A stretch of DNA of 64,000 nucleotides from Lepidodermella squamata (taxonomy: Eukaryota > Animalia > Gastrotricha): positions 1,550,001-1,614,000 of the forward strand of contig JBLDXI010000024.1 of assembly GCA_047495785.1 (NCBI GenBank). Reading direction: 5' to 3'. This document shows, piece by piece, positions 23,301 to 38,300 of this stretch. Each line of letters begins with the position of its first letter. Within the stretch, counting starts at the first letter, position 1. Made by a program: the position numbers and the translations under genes. The notes under the pieces were generated by a model that ran no database searches, had not been told where the DNA came from, and was given only the letters and a program-made list of their open reading frames with translations.

Positions 23301-26300
23301 CAACATATTAGCCCGTAGGGTCATCGGTGAATCATCGATGATTTTGACCCCGTTTTGCAGTATCGTAACCGGGAAATCATTCGACGGGAACGTTGTTAGC
23401 CAAAGCCGAAAATTTTGATTCACCTTCGATTTATCGAACAAAATTGTCTCGAAAATTCGCTCGAGCTCAGGCAGCCAGGTCGGGGCGAGATGGCAGTTTT
23501 GAAGCACGACCCAGTTGCCGGTCTCAATGCCTGTCATAATCGTCCGTTCCGCGATCGGACCTTGACCCCGACCTAACGAAACCGAGGTCAATTGTTCGCT
23601 CGATAGGCCATGCTGAGCCGCTAACTTCGCAACAGTCATCATCGGGTCAGAACCGGGTGATAGAATGAAAATCATCGGAGCTTGCGGGGTCGACTCTTCA
23701 AACACCCTGACCAGGTCGGACGGGGGTGGCTCGACGTAAGTCGGGCCTAGACTCTGCGTGACATAGGCTCGCATCGACGATAGCAGCCGTTCTGGCTTGA
23801 AAATTCGATAGATGATCATTTTTTGAAAATCACTCAAATTTTCGTTGAATTTATGCGGAATCGGCTCGCAGCTTTCGGTCTCGGGCGTGATGAATTTCTG
23901 CCACGCCAATTTATTTTCGCGAATATGCTCGACAAAACCGTCGAACGCGGGCAATTGCGCCGCCCGCAACACCTCTTGCCACATTTTTTCGGAAATAAAT
24001 TCCGGAGCCGGGTTTCGAGTCGTGTTATCAATTGTATAGCCGCCACTTAGTAAGAACCGCCACTCAGCCGGGTTGATTTTCCCGGCGGTTATATCCAAAT
24101 TAGCGGCTAATAGCAGTGAAAATACGATTTTATCCTTTTCGAACAGCGAGTTGGACACGCTTTTGAAAACGTTGTCCGCAAAATGTTTGTTTAAGGCTGC
24201 GATTCGTTCCTCGAGGTTACTCGACTGCGGCGCGTTACGAATCGATTTTTTGAACATGCTGATCAACCAGGTCAGCCGATGTTGATACATGTGGTTTATA
24301 CTAGCGAGGCTTGACACGGTGAAGTAGATGGTACTGCTGTACAGAGCCACTGGAGCGTAACCGTTTCGAACCGAGTCGATTTCCTTCTCAGTTTCGACTG
24401 AGGCCTCGTTTTCGGTGGAAATTTTCGATTTTATTACATCGCCTGATGTCATTAAATCAATAGCGGCGCCGTCCTCGAGGATGTTACCCTCTGATGATGA
24501 GAGAATTTCTAAGATTTGATCTTCGATTTCTTTAAGGCGGCGTTTGTTCGCAGCAGCTTCGACGATTAACGTGTTTTTCTTCTCCTCAAGGTCGGGTTTT
24601 TCCAACGCGACTACAATGCCCAACATCTGATGCTGAAGGGCGTCAGGGGTAATCCGGAAATTCACAAGAGTCACCTAAAAAATAAAAATATTATTAGTAT
24701 AATCCAAAAAATTAAATTGAAATTTTCATTTGAGTTCTTTTCAATTTTTTTGAAATTGAAATTTTTAATTAATTTTTTTCCATTTTTTAATTAAATTTTT
24801 CAATTTTAATTTTTTCAATTAATTACCTTAATTGCGACTTCAGGCATGAAGAGAGGATTTCTCAATCGAGTTGTCATGTAAAATCGGAAATCTTTCGAAT
24901 ATTCGACTTGATGATCGCCGATCCTGATATATTCCGCCGAGTTTTGCCGATAAACCGCCTTAAGAAGTAGTGGCTCCAGAACAGGATCCAACTCCTCGCC
25001 AACATTTTCCAGCAAACAAGGCGTGCCGAATTGGATGCAAGTTTCCAGCGTTTGCAGATAACTCGGGTCTGAAATTTTGATGACGGCTAATCGGTTCGAT
25101 TTTTCAATGTTCCTGATCCATCGATTTGCTTGGCCTTGCGGGTCGATGATCAACGGCCAGCGGCTGGCATGTTTGATTATTAAGCCATTTTCGGTTGAAA
25201 AACTAAATAACAATGAAACATTGAAAATTTTAGAATTTTTCTCTCATTTTTAAAGACTTACTCATCAACAGGAAGGCCGTTCAAGTGCCAATCACGAATC
25301 TTTAGAGGATCTCCGATTACATCTATCAGGTTAAATTTTGGCGAGCAAGGTATGCCGAGGTCGATAATCTAAATATTTAAATTAAAAATAAAGAAATTAA
25401 AGAATATTTGCAAATAACCCACCCCAAATTTAGGGACCCACTACTAGATTTACCAAAAATATTGCTTTGCGAGTTTCACTTTTCCATAGAATCTAAATAT
25501 TGTAGGTATATGCCTTAAAGATATTGATTCCAAGTATCGATTTAACAAATCAATGGTTTTTCCGATATCGAAAGTCTTCACAGGAAAAATTGAACATTTT
25601 TTTGCTTAGCTGACGGTGTAATTTAAAATATAGAATCCTAGGATCATCAGTAGGGATCAAGAAAAGCGAAAGCTAAAATTAAAAACAATCGGAAAAAATT
25701 GATGGACGATTCAATTTTGAGCTGGAACCTCAATTTTATTGGTGCAAATATTCACCCCCTTCATAATTTTATGGAAAAAAAAATCAATCAAATTATGAAA
25801 AGTTTACCCTTTTGTGCCAATCGGCAACTGCTTGCCCGCGATATTCGTGTGAAAAGCCGCCAAGATACGTAAAAACCGCGACCGAGAGCAGCGAATCACC
25901 AATCGCGTAATCATAAGTCCGCGACAAATCATCGATAATCTCCAACCACCGCTCTTTCTCCCCACCCAATCCGGCAATCAACTGCTCAGCACGCGAGATT
26001 TTCAAATGGCAATTGTCGATATTTGATTCCAACTTCAGCTTCTCATCAACCTTCGCTTGATATTGAGCTTTTAAGGTGGCCAGTTTTTCTTCAAGAACTT
26101 TCATTTCCGCCCGCTTCGCTTTCAATTTCAACGTTTGTTCCGCTAATTGCTCCTCGGCTTGTTTCAGGCTTTTCCGCCTGGGAGCGATTGACGTCGCAAC
26201 TCGATCGTATTGCTCCATAGCCCGGACCCATTTGCATAGACCTTCACAGGCCGACGATACATTTTTAATAGCATTCGGGTCAAATTCCGGATTCGCAACA

Positions 26301-29300
26301 TATTTTTCGCGAATAGTTTTGATTATCGACGCCGGGATGTTGTCTTTGTTGTAGTCACGTAGGGTGTCTAAAAATTTCATATCACTCAACATGCGCTTCG
26401 CTTCCGGCCAGTAGTCTTCCGTCGTTTTGCCGTTCTCGTCCTTAACCTTCGCCGGTTTAATCCCTCGCATCACGCAAATAGCTTCCATGACAAGCCGCAC
26501 GCCAGCCGGTGGTTTCTGCATGGTTTTAATAACGGTAATATGGCTGGAATTCAGGGTGTTCAACGCAGCGATGGCCGCGTTAAGCGCAGGCAACGCGTCA
26601 GCGAGCGCGTTTTCACACTCCTCCTTAATCGTGCGCGCCTCCTGCGCGCTTTGATTCGCCGCCGCCTCATCCGCCTCGACAATCGCCTTTTTCGCCTCAA
26701 CCTGCCGCGTTTCCGTCTCGATAACAGCGATAAGCTCGTTCGTCTCGCGAGTCGTGCGCTCGAGAAGCGGCGGGATTTCGCGCAGTTCAACGCGCATCAG
26801 GTCGATTTGTTTACCGGAAGCTTCGACGCGTTCCAGCCCCATGGCGTACCGCTCTTTCGCCGCTACAACCTCATACTGCCGTTTTTCGACGAGGTTTTTG
26901 AACGATTTCAGCAACTCGAGGAAGTACGTCGGCGTGACGTAGATGCGGCTTCGCGTGATTTGCCAGAATTTTTCAGCCATCGCCACGACTGATTTGTGAA
27001 TTTTGTCGCACATTACAACGACGTTATTTCGAATATTTGACGGCATTTCAATGGCTTCCAGCTGCCGATTTGCAACCATTTCGAAAGCATCGTCCGGCCA
27101 CGGTCGGAACCAGTCGAGCGTGCAACAGGTGATAATGTTCGGGAACCGGCGGATTCTGCTTCGAAACGCATCTCCGACCGGGCTGAAAGCCAGTACAATG
27201 TGGAGGTGTTGACGAATTCGGGAGATGAAAAGGCCGTATAGTTGAGCTGGTGAAAGGTCCACTGAGGCTTTCTCTTCGTTCGCAACCACTTGCATCTAAG
27301 GAAAAGAAAAGGAGGAAAGATATAGACAAAAAATTTGAAAAATTAAATTTGAGGCTCATGAGCAAGATTTTTCGAAAATATGGTTTTCCCACTTTCGCGT
27401 CATCTTTCGAATCCCTATTATTCTCTTTTCAAGCCCAGCCGTTAGATCTCGCTATTACGCGCATTTTGCGCTCTCGGTGGTTCGTTTACGAGTCACACTT
27501 CAGTCTCTAGAGCAAATATCGATTCCAATTATCGATTTTCCAAATCAGTGATTTTTCGATAAATTTTAACCCAATTTTTGCGATGGAAATTTGTAGACCT
27601 ATTTGAGATGATTGCCTAATAAAAAATTTCGCTTACATTTTCCATGATATCCTTCTTCTCCTCGCCTTCGAAAATTCCAGGTAAATCGCCCGAACTCAAC
27701 AGAACACCTATATCTTCCAAGAAAACATCCTCCTGAAATGAAAAAAGATCGATAATTACGTGGAAAATTAAGGAAAAAGGAGAAATTACAAGGCTTTCTT
27801 CGAAACCAGTTGGCTTCTGTAGACAGTCCAAGGGGAAGGATCAGGAGTCAGAGGAAAGAAAGAAGAAAAATCGATTAGTTGGACAGAAATTCAACGAAAA
27901 ATTATCAAAATTGCCTTGATTTGATGATCGGTGAAAATGAAAACCGTATGTTTGCCTTCATCGCCAGTTCGCCGAAGCAGCCGCCTTAAACTTTTCCGCC
28001 ACTCGCTCAAGCTGAACGTTTTTGTTATTTCAACCTGAAACAACTCGTAGCCAGCGATGAAGGTCGCTAATTTCGCCAAACTCTGCCGGCCCGAACCGCC
28101 CATTCCTACGAGAAGGCAGTGGCCACCAGGCTGTTTAAGGACCCGGCTTATCCTGGAAATGTGTTCAATCGCAAATCGGAACATGACCAAGGGCATGGGA
28201 GTTTTAGTCGCTGCGTTGTAGTCGTCGACAAATCGCTCCATTTCTTCCTGAGCTTGCTCAAGGTCTAGGATTTCGTCGTACTCGGCATCACCCTCGCCCG
28301 CGTTCATGCAGTCGTTGAACATGAGCGAGCGCAGATCATCGTCGGTTATTGTAAGGCCCTTTTGTTTGATGAGGTGGGAAAAGACTACGTTGAATTTCTC
28401 GCCCATGATGCGCTGGCTGATATCCTTGACGGCGGAGAACAGCGCTTCGCGATCACTGTCCTCTGCAAGCCGGTCGTAGAATACCCGGTACACTTCATGG
28501 ACCCAAAGGCGAGTTATCTGATGAAAAAGAACATCTTCCGTTAAATTTCAAAAAATTTTGGATTTTTTTCAATTTAAATTCAATTAAAAAAATTAACATT
28601 TTAATTTTAAAATTCAATAAATCAAAATTGGAACAGCTGAATTCATCAATCAGCCAATTCAATTTATAAAAATTTTTTCCGAAGCTGAAGCTACTTACTT
28701 TTCCGCGACCCTCCTCTCCGGCGAAAATAGCGCCCTTTGCCAGAAGTAGGCCTTTTACGACTCGAGCAAAGTCCTGAAGATTGAAGACGTAGTGAGCTTT
28801 TTGCGGCGTTGGTAAAAACGTCAGAGTTGAGAATTTATAGACCTCCAGCGTGCCTTTAACAAGAAGCTGGACATACGACCTGACCGTGCTTGGGAAGCCA
28901 CGGCTGAAGTGATTTTCAAGAATCGGCGTGAAAATACTGGCGATCATGTCTTCAGTGAACGGCTCGATTGCAAGAACGTTAAAATGCCGCAAGAAGCGCG
29001 GTGAAATCTCGCGCTGGTTGCTGTCTGATGTCGTAAGTGAGGCGCAGAGTGTTAGGCCGGATGTTTGAAGCATAGTTGCATCTCGGGCGTCGAATACGTA
29101 GGAATGATCGATGAGTTGGCGTAACAGCTCGATGGGAGGCTGATCGCCGAATGCGTCGTGTTCCGGCATTCCAACGTCATTTATGAACATTATCATCTGC
29201 TTATTGTGGCTGGGGGTATAAACGCCGTCCCTCCTACAAGTAAAAAAAAAGAAGGAAAAATTATTAAAATTGTACAAAAATCCTCCTTAAAATTTAATTT

Positions 29301-32300
29301 ATTTATTAAAATTAAAATTAAAAATTAAAACCAGGAGATGAATTTTCAAAATTTTTGCGGCTCAAGTGATAACTTATGGAGAAAACAAAAAAACATGCGT
29401 GATTTTCCTTCCTCATTATCTTGAAAGCAATCATGTTTTAATTAAATTATTCGAAAAATGACGTGTGAATGGAAAACAATAACGACTTTGGACTTTGTAC
29501 TTCAGAATTTTTAGGGTAGAACGTTAGAAAAATTGTTAGAAAAAATGTGCACAAATTATTCCATCTCATCGGCATTCGTGGGACTTGAGAATCCAGGTAA
29601 AAAATCGATTTTCAAAACGGTGAAAATAATTAAAAGAATAAAAAAACTAATTTTCTGGATTTTCTTAAAAAATCTAAACAAATTTCAAAGACGAATTTTA
29701 ACTAGGCCGCTGCATATGCAAATGAGCGTCAACAATGACTCGCTAATTTTCCGAGTTCAGCCAAACGCGTTTCAAATTTCGAAATATCTCGTTAAACTAG
29801 ATAAATTCGAAAAAATTTCAGGAAAATCAGGAAATTTTGGTTCAAATTTTAGAATTGAAGGCTGATTTTTGATCTCCAAAAACCAAAGTTTCCTCTCAGC
29901 GTTTGAAATTTGGTGCCCACTGAAAAACATTATTATAATTTTTCTACTCACTTTTTCAATTTCGAAAATATGATATCTTGAATTTGCGTTGGGCCAGTTT
30001 TAGCCAGCAATGACATTGAATGTCCGATGAATTTCGCCGCATCCATCTTGAGCAAATAATTCGAGATAACCACCGTTTTACCGGTACCCGACGGCCCGAC
30101 AAACATGACTGGTTTATGCGCCGACAACAGCTTTTGAAGGAAAAAGTTCTGCCGAACAGTTTCAACGGTTTGAACGAACATCTCCACGCCGGAAGCTTTA
30201 CGTTCGCTCGCCATAACTGCCGGGGCGATAGGGTCGATCATACTATTCCACGGCAGCCAGTCGTTGTACGGCATTTTCGGTTGGAAGAAAAAGTCGAAGA
30301 TGCGATTGCCGTTTCGAGGGAAACAGCAACTCCTCGGCATCATCAGACCAGGCGGTCTTAAGCAACTCGGGTTCGAGCCTTCGGTTAAATCTCGGAAAAA
30401 TTCGTCGAATTTCATGCGGGAAACAGTGTCGAGGGTCGCGCCAACTGTCCAAACCAGGGAAAACAGGAACTGGCAAACCAAACCTTGGTATTGCGATTCG
30501 AGTTTCCTATCGTTCTTCTCAGCCATTATTCTAGCAAATTCCTGCTCTGTCATGTCTTCCATATTGTGAATGACCCCATCTTCCTCCTCCATTTGGCCAA
30601 ATCGAATTTCATAGACCAAGACCTCGTAAAGTTTAAGCAGGCTCTGGACTAGATGCATCTTCCCGCATTTCAAATAATGATGGCCAGACCTAGCGATGTA
30701 AGCGAAACACGCCGGTACTAGCCATTTACTCAACAAATTAATCGCTTTTTCATGTTCCGGCGCGAATTTTTGACTAGCGATCCATGTTGTGATCAAAGTT
30801 TCGTAGCCGAGATGCGACGGGACCATGAAAACAATCCCGCATCGGCTTATTGTAGCCGGGCTCGCTTGAACTAGATCTCGAGTCTCGAAAATAATTGTCT
30901 GTTTCTCGCTTAGAGTCAGCACTTCCCCGGTATTAAGGCAGAGTTTCCTATTATCGTCCAAAACTGTGTTAATATTTTCCGCCCAAATCGAGTCGATAGG
31001 TCCGTCGAAAATCATCCATTTCCGCTCGCTCGAGTTTTCTTTCGAAAATTCTCGAAAGGCCTTAGTCAAAACGCCGTCGGTCCATTCCCTAGAAATAGGA
31101 TCATGCTTCCCGTAGAGGTGTTGAATGCTACAAGCTTTAGGATTGATGAACCGATATCTGACAGGGTGCTCGTCTGGGGTTTCAGCCAAAGCACTCGCGA
31201 GGGTTTTAATTGCCGTAGTTTTCCCACTAGCAGGCGCTCCAACGATGATTATCCCATGTTTAACCTGAATTAGCCGGTACAATTGCGAAATTTTGTTGAC
31301 AAAATACGGCAGGGGTTGTAGGCCGAGTTTCGGTAGAACGGCTTCAACTGTCGCCAGCAAATCAGCATTAACACTCGGGAAGTAATTAACCCCCGGGAAT
31401 AGATCGGTAATAATTCCATTGAAGATTTGAACATCGTTCGGGACAAGTTTCGGCAAATTGAAGTCAATTATCGAATTCAGCACCACCTGCTCGTCAGATT
31501 CAGCCGGGTCGAGGAGGCGGAGCGCCCCAGCCGCCATTAAGCAGCTCTTGATCGATCTGAGCCCGAACTCGTAGTGATTTTGTTCGGAAAACTGCTCGCC
31601 GAAAAGTCGGAACGTATCGACCAGCTTTCGAGCAACATTTCGAGCATTCGAAAATCCCATTGAATGCAACGCAATCTCGGCGATTATTTCGTTATCTGGC
31701 ACGACCATGGCGATGGATCGAAATAGGACCTTCAGATTATCAGGCAGGTCGTACCGGCAGGCATAGGACGGGTTCAGCGTGATGAAAACCGTGCAAGTCG
31801 GGTTCAAATTTAAGGAAGATCCTTCGAAATTGAAAATCGGCGATCTCTCCGCAATTGCCCTTTGCAGTGTTTGAATTTGCTGTGCAATTACAGATAACAC
31901 CTCGATGTGAATTCGATTGAAATCGTCGAAGCAGATCCAAGCGCCTAGCCTGGCGAGGCCCTTGAAAAATTGGCCAATAACCTTGTGATTTAGACCCTCC
32001 GAACAGTTGTAGACAACACATTGCTTCGCGAAAGCTTTCGCCAGGTCTTTACAAGTTTCAGTCTTCCCTGTACCAGCCGGGCCTTCTAACGCTCCGCCTA
32101 AATGAAACCTCATCGCAGTCATTATCGTCCTATGGCAGCGTTCTGTCAAAGGGGTAATGACTAGCCGATAGGTATTTCCAAGATATTCATAGCTATAAGG
32201 CAGGTTGGCCGTGATCATCCTGACTTGAACGCTGTTATCCTCAGGCATGACGTAGTATTGAAGTTGAGCCAGCCAATCGAAATCATTCAAATCGGAACAG

Positions 32301-35300
32301 TCCTTATCCTGTAAACAGGCCAAAACATCGCGCCAGTGCACTCCAAGCACGATTAACGAGTACAAAGTCGCTCGAAAGTGGGCTGAAATCGGCTCAGTCA
32401 TAGCTTTTCGAATCCTTTCAACGCAATTATCGACCAATCTCGAGTATTTCGACGAAATAATCGCTAGATTAGTTTCAGATCTCGTTATAGCCTTCAACGT
32501 ATCTGCCGTCCATTGAATCGCGAGGACAGTCAAACAAATCTGGCCCGGGTGGGTTTGAAGCCAGGTTAGGAAATCGTTCGCCTGGTAGCTACTAATCGCA
32601 TCGTCCATCTTAACGCGTAAAATGTGCCGCATGTTGGTTTCAACCTGCTGTAGCCACACCTCGACCAGGCCATTTGCTAGCTCTGGATTGATCAACTCGT
32701 CAAATGCAACACATTCGCCGTGGGAACTTTCCATTCCAATGATGATCTTCTCCTCGTTGAAGGTCAGGCGGTACAGGCCTTCGAAGACCTTCCGCAAATG
32801 AGGCTGGACCTGTAGCGGGTTCAGGATTTCGCTCAGGATATCGAGCAGCTCATCGTCGGATAGGAAGAAGAACTGCGGGAAGAACATTCGCTTACCCTCG
32901 AGGTACTCTTGAAGTCGCCGAGCTACAGTGCTGAGTTGCTTCTCAGCGGCTCGAAGCTTCTCGAGAATATTTTCCTGGGACAAAACGATTAAAGCTCGCG
33001 GGTTGACGATTGATTGCAACAGAATCTCCCGCCAACTTTCGTCAACCTCCTGGAACATCCTCCCCTCTTCCGGCATTTGATTCCTAATATTTTCCGAGGT
33101 GAAAATCGAGACTAGGTAAAGCCAAGATGACTGGACGTGGAGCCACGACTCCATTATCGCAGTCATATGAACCAACTTTTCGTCCCATTCGTGAATTTCC
33201 TGTTGGAACGGGCCGATATAGGGCGAACCTTTGATTGCCAATGTCTTCAAAGCGTGATCGTCCAACATTGTTTGAACCTCGTCGATTGAGGTTAAAATCG
33301 ATACGCCAGTTTGTTTGTACGGGACAAATTCGAACCTCATATTCTCCCAATCGGTCTTCATCTTGACAATCGCCTTTTCCAGGGCGAACTCAACAGTAGC
33401 CTGGGCTGAGACCTCTTGAAGGATCGGTAGATGTTTCTCCAGTCCCTGCTGAATTATCGTGGTAAGAGTCACGTCATCATTCAGCTCGATTCTAAACCCG
33501 ATTTTTTTGTGAATCGTGTTCCAGTGACGTTCTTTCAGGCCAGGGTTGCAAATCGCGGAGATTAGCGGCAAGTCACGTTTGACCTTTTCCAGCTTCGACT
33601 TGACGTTTTGAGCAACCTTGAACGGGGCTTTTGTGTCGTTTTTCGAGAAGATTTTCAGCAATTTGTAAACATCTCTCCACAACGAGTCGACCTCTTCCTC
33701 GACCTTCCCGGAATTCACCGCAGTTACAGGTCCACTCATCCACATTTCATTCTTCCGCTGAAAGGTCAAAGCAAGGTTCCAGAGCTTGTCATACGGCTCT
33801 TTCCTCATCTGGAGTTGCATCAGCTGGGTGAAGGGAGATTGCTCAGAGGATTGAAGCAGGACTTCCTCGTGATTAATCGCCTTCTTTTCTTCCGTCATTT
33901 GTTCGATTTGTTTATTGAGCTCGTGAATTTCCTCGACAATCGTCTGAGCCTCGCTGACCCGATCCTTTTGCGTGTATTCCTTAATCCGCTTCGCAAACGC
34001 GTCCAACTGCTCGTTGAACGCCTTGCGCCGCGCGACCAGGTTAACATTAGCCTGTTCGATCAGCCTAGTCAACATGTCTTCAACCTGAGCAATGATCGGC
34101 TTGATCTTATCCGGCCAATTGGTCGTATTCGTGATGAGTTGAAGCTGGTCCTTTTCCAGCAGCCGGTAGTCGTAGAGAAAAATCACATGCTCCACGGCTT
34201 TTCGCACCATTTCAGCTTTCATCCTAGCCAGCTCGGACTGGTTCAGATCGTCGATGTAGCTCTGCAGCGAGATGAAATCGTCCGTTGTCTCGATTTTGCC
34301 CAACAATCGCCGCGTCATTCTCTCGTACTGTTGGCACGTTGAAGAGCATAGGGCTAGCGATTTTTCTGTAATGAAATCTGTCAACTGATCTGCGTAACTA
34401 TTCGCCCGGTTTAACAGCCACGTGTTGATACTAGCGCAGTCGAGCTGGAAAAAGTTCATAGCAACGGATTGAGGCAGTTTGACGGTTGAATTCGCTATCT
34501 CTTGAAATCGAACTATTTCAGCCCCGATTTCTTGGAGGGAGTGATTTTTCGCTAGAAAATTCACGATATGAGCTTCGGCCTCGTCGCCAGAAATGAAATC
34601 ATATTCGTTATAAATGCTCTTGTAACGCCTAGGCCCCATTGTGTTGGCGTTTATCGACATAGAAATCGACTTTTTGACCCTGGAAACGACTGTCTCCCAA
34701 TGCCGAACTGCCCGGATGTACTTGATCTTCAACCCCTCAACAACCTGGAATAGCCGAAATTCGATTCTCGGCAGCGTTTGAACTGAATCGATCAGTCGAT
34801 CGACAATTTCCGATAACAGCCGATCGAATTCGCCGAAACCTGGAGTTATCGTGTAAATTCGCTTCCCTTCACTCATAGTTGGAGCGTTCAGGGTGATTGA
34901 AAACGGAACAGGCCGGACTGGTTGGAACCGAGCTGCAAATACGTCGAATTCGCCTTTGTAAGAATTTCCATTTATGTACTGCTCGACCCAGATTTTAAAA
35001 TTTCTCAGGGTATTTTGCAAAAATTGGCGAAGACAAATTGCCATAACGGAGGCGATGGCTGCGAATGATTTATCCAGCTTAACCTGGCGCATTTCCGGCA
35101 ACCCGCTCGGCATCATTCGCTCGATTTCATCGCGGTGTAAATGCACGATTTGGCAGCAGTCTTCGATCCATTGATCGTTGAGAATCGCCACATTTTCCGT
35201 GATTGACTGCTCGACTTTGGCGACGAAGTCAAGCAAAGCCATTGGCATGTCCTTTTCAAGAGATTTCATGTCGAAAAATAGGAAAGAGCCGTACTTCGCC

Positions 35301-38300
35301 TGCGTGTGGACGTGAATCTGCTGCGCGACGTGCATTGTAACTGGGAAGTCGTTTTGCATCCAAGCTCTGACTTTCAGTACAGTAGTCCGCCATGGGAAAA
35401 CGGGCGGCTCGGCTGAGACTGGTTGCTTCTTCACGGCTGTAACCCCCAGCCGGATTTGTTCTTGCGGGTCGAGCAGGATGTAGTTGAGCAGGGAGATGCG
35501 GATAGCCCGGTTGTATTCATACCTGGTTTCCGACAAAATTGCTTGCACTAATTTCGGATATTTCTCCTGGAGTTTGCCTGGGACTAGCTTGAGCAAATTG
35601 TCTATCCAATCGGCGGACAGCGGCGCGACTACGGCGGGCTCGATCGCTTTATCGACCAAATGGTAAAAGCGAGGTATGTCGCGATCGATCGGCGTATTCG
35701 GCCGGGTCATGCCTATTGTCGACGTGTACCACGGCGAGAAAGTTATGGCTAAACACGCCTGTGTCAGGTCGTTGTGCTGCGGCTCAGATTCGCGCTTCGA
35801 GTCACTCGCCGAGCGATTTCGAAGGTAAAAAGTCGGCTCGCCGTGGTGCGCAATCAACGTGTTCGATCGACTTACGTTGATAATCGGCGGCAATTTCGTA
35901 TCGTCAACCTGTTCGATTAGCCTAGTGTTCATCCGACTTTTTAAACTGAGCTTAGTTGAGAACTGAGTGGTAGTTCGGTCTTTCAGTAAGGTCGGTGCTC
36001 GTGATAATGGCCCGTTTTGCCCGGGTTTTTTAACGTAGTTGCTGTTTTTCAGCGCCGCTTTTTCTCGGCTTATAGTTCGAACGTCGAGGTCACGAGCTAA
36101 CGGCGAGTAGTTGTTGCCGATCGCGTCGCTTACACCGCGCGAGTAAGAAGCCTCTTTTACTGGGCATGACTGCGTCAAACCTCCTCGATCGAAAATTCTT
36201 GGAATATCGCTGTAGGCAGGCTGAAAGAATCATAAAACTAGGACCATTAATTTTTCTTAAATTGTTAACTCAAATTTGATGAGCTTTTTCAATTCTAAAT
36301 TCAAGGCTTTGAAAAATTGAAACTGTCGTTTTCGAATAATTTCGTTAAAGCATGATTACGTCGCGTTCTCAAAGTGACGATCAGTAACAGACCCGGCATG
36401 GCGTGTACACCGGAGTGGATTTTATTCTTTAGCACGATCCTGTTGTTTGTTACGTTTTCTTATCCCTTTTTGTTACTGCAAAAGTGCTCAAAGAATAACG
36501 AAAATGTAATTGAATGATCATACAGTTAGGTACAATGGAAAAAGTTTTCGTGAAAATGATAATCAAGTGCCACTAATCAACTCATCAAACAACCACTCGG
36601 TTTTTGAGGAGCAAGTCTTTAAGCGAGAAATAACTTAGGGCAAGACTGGTAGTGGATGATAGCAAGAGCGAGGTGAACGACGTGGCTGAATGCTGACTAG
36701 ATTGGTTTTGTAGAGTGAGAATGATCAGTATCGCGCAGAGTAACAATGACAAAGTATTTAGTGGGCCAACGACGATTCCCCCAATCTCCTGGCAGCAGCT
36801 GTTAACCATAGTTTTCAAGCCCTGTTTTACGCGATAGCCTTGATAAGAACAGAATGCTAACACTACCACGTGTAAAGCAGCGATGCTTGCCATCCAAGCA
36901 ATGGCATTCGGCGAAGAACAAACAACTTCTGATATTTCGAAATAAGTGTCCGTAACCGGGTCATAATTATTAATTCGTGGTGCGACAATCAATTCACAGG
37001 CAAATGAATCAGCGAGAAGCCAAATGATTAGGAGCAGCATGCAACCAACAGCAAAGATAAAAGTGGCTAGTAATGTTCGCTTTTGGATGCCGCCTTCAAA
37101 CTCGACCATTGGATCTTTCGCAGTATTACCGTGACTACTACCTGGGGAAACCAACATAATTGTGCGGCTTGGTTGGACGTCCACTTTCGACTTTTCCGTC
37201 GTTTTGTTTGGGCTAACTTGTCTTGCAGACTTATCAGGTGCCATAACAGTCAACATGTTCAAAGTTTTGCCGTTCTGCATGATTTTCACTCGTTTCGGGG
37301 GAGGAGGTAGTTTCCTTGCCAGGAAAAAAGCTCGGAATGAAACTACGCCAACAATGATTGACATCGAAAACACTAACAAGACAAGGCGAGCAATTGATAT
37401 GGCGAAACTGTCAATGCTGGTCTTCATTGAAAACGCAACTGCAGCCCCATTCAACACAATGCATCCAGTATACCCGGCAATCTTGATGAAAGGAGATGTG
37501 CCAAGTTCTGGTTTTCCGCGATTCTTGATGGTCACGAAAATAATTCCAAGCTGAAACAAGGTCAAGATGGCAGCTATAGTTGCAACAGCTGTTGCAACTT
37601 CAGGAGTAACCTCTCGCGTCAGCGAAACTGAAAACGCAACATCCCTCGGTGGGTTTCCGCCGTTGTTCCAAGCAGCCCAGTCCATCGGCTCGAGAGGGAA
37701 GACTTTATAGCGGCCATAGAACATGTAATTTCGACTAGTATCCACCTCAACAGAAGCGAACTTGTTGCGATACCCCATAGGATCATAGTAGGAATAGAGG
37801 ATCAAATCATTCTCGGAGTAGCCTCTCTTGCTGAAACGAAGTTGACCTCTGAGGCCTGAGATGTTGACAGTCAGTACAGATTGATTCACGACTTTCATGA
37901 CGAATTCGGGGTTCGTGTTCATGTCTCGCAACGACATGTTGTATTCGCGTTTCAATCGATTATCGGCATTATGCATGGCGTATATCCCCATCAAAGTGGC
38001 ATCATGGCAAACGTATTTCAATGATCCTGCAGTTGCGGTGCGAGGAACCTTTAGGATTTCGAACATTTTCTCTTCAAAATAGGTTGTATTGTAGCCTAGC
38101 TCGCTAACCCTGCTATCATCCATGACCTGAGTGACCGGACCGACAAACAATGAGTACTTGAGCTGCGTTCTGATTATTTCCCTGTTACACCAAGGATCCA
38201 AGATAGCATTTGGTAAAATGTTATTTGGCTCAGCAGCAAGAGAGTTTAGCATGAAGAACATGTACCGAGGCCCTGTCAACCCAGCTAGGTAGGCTTTGCA

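Noticed and set aside
33608-34342. Long antisense ORFs over dynein, GH3 and ankyrin exons (also 26540-26992, 55229-55729, 60275-60805)
   Set aside because: These are shadow frames of real coding exons with no motifs of their own.
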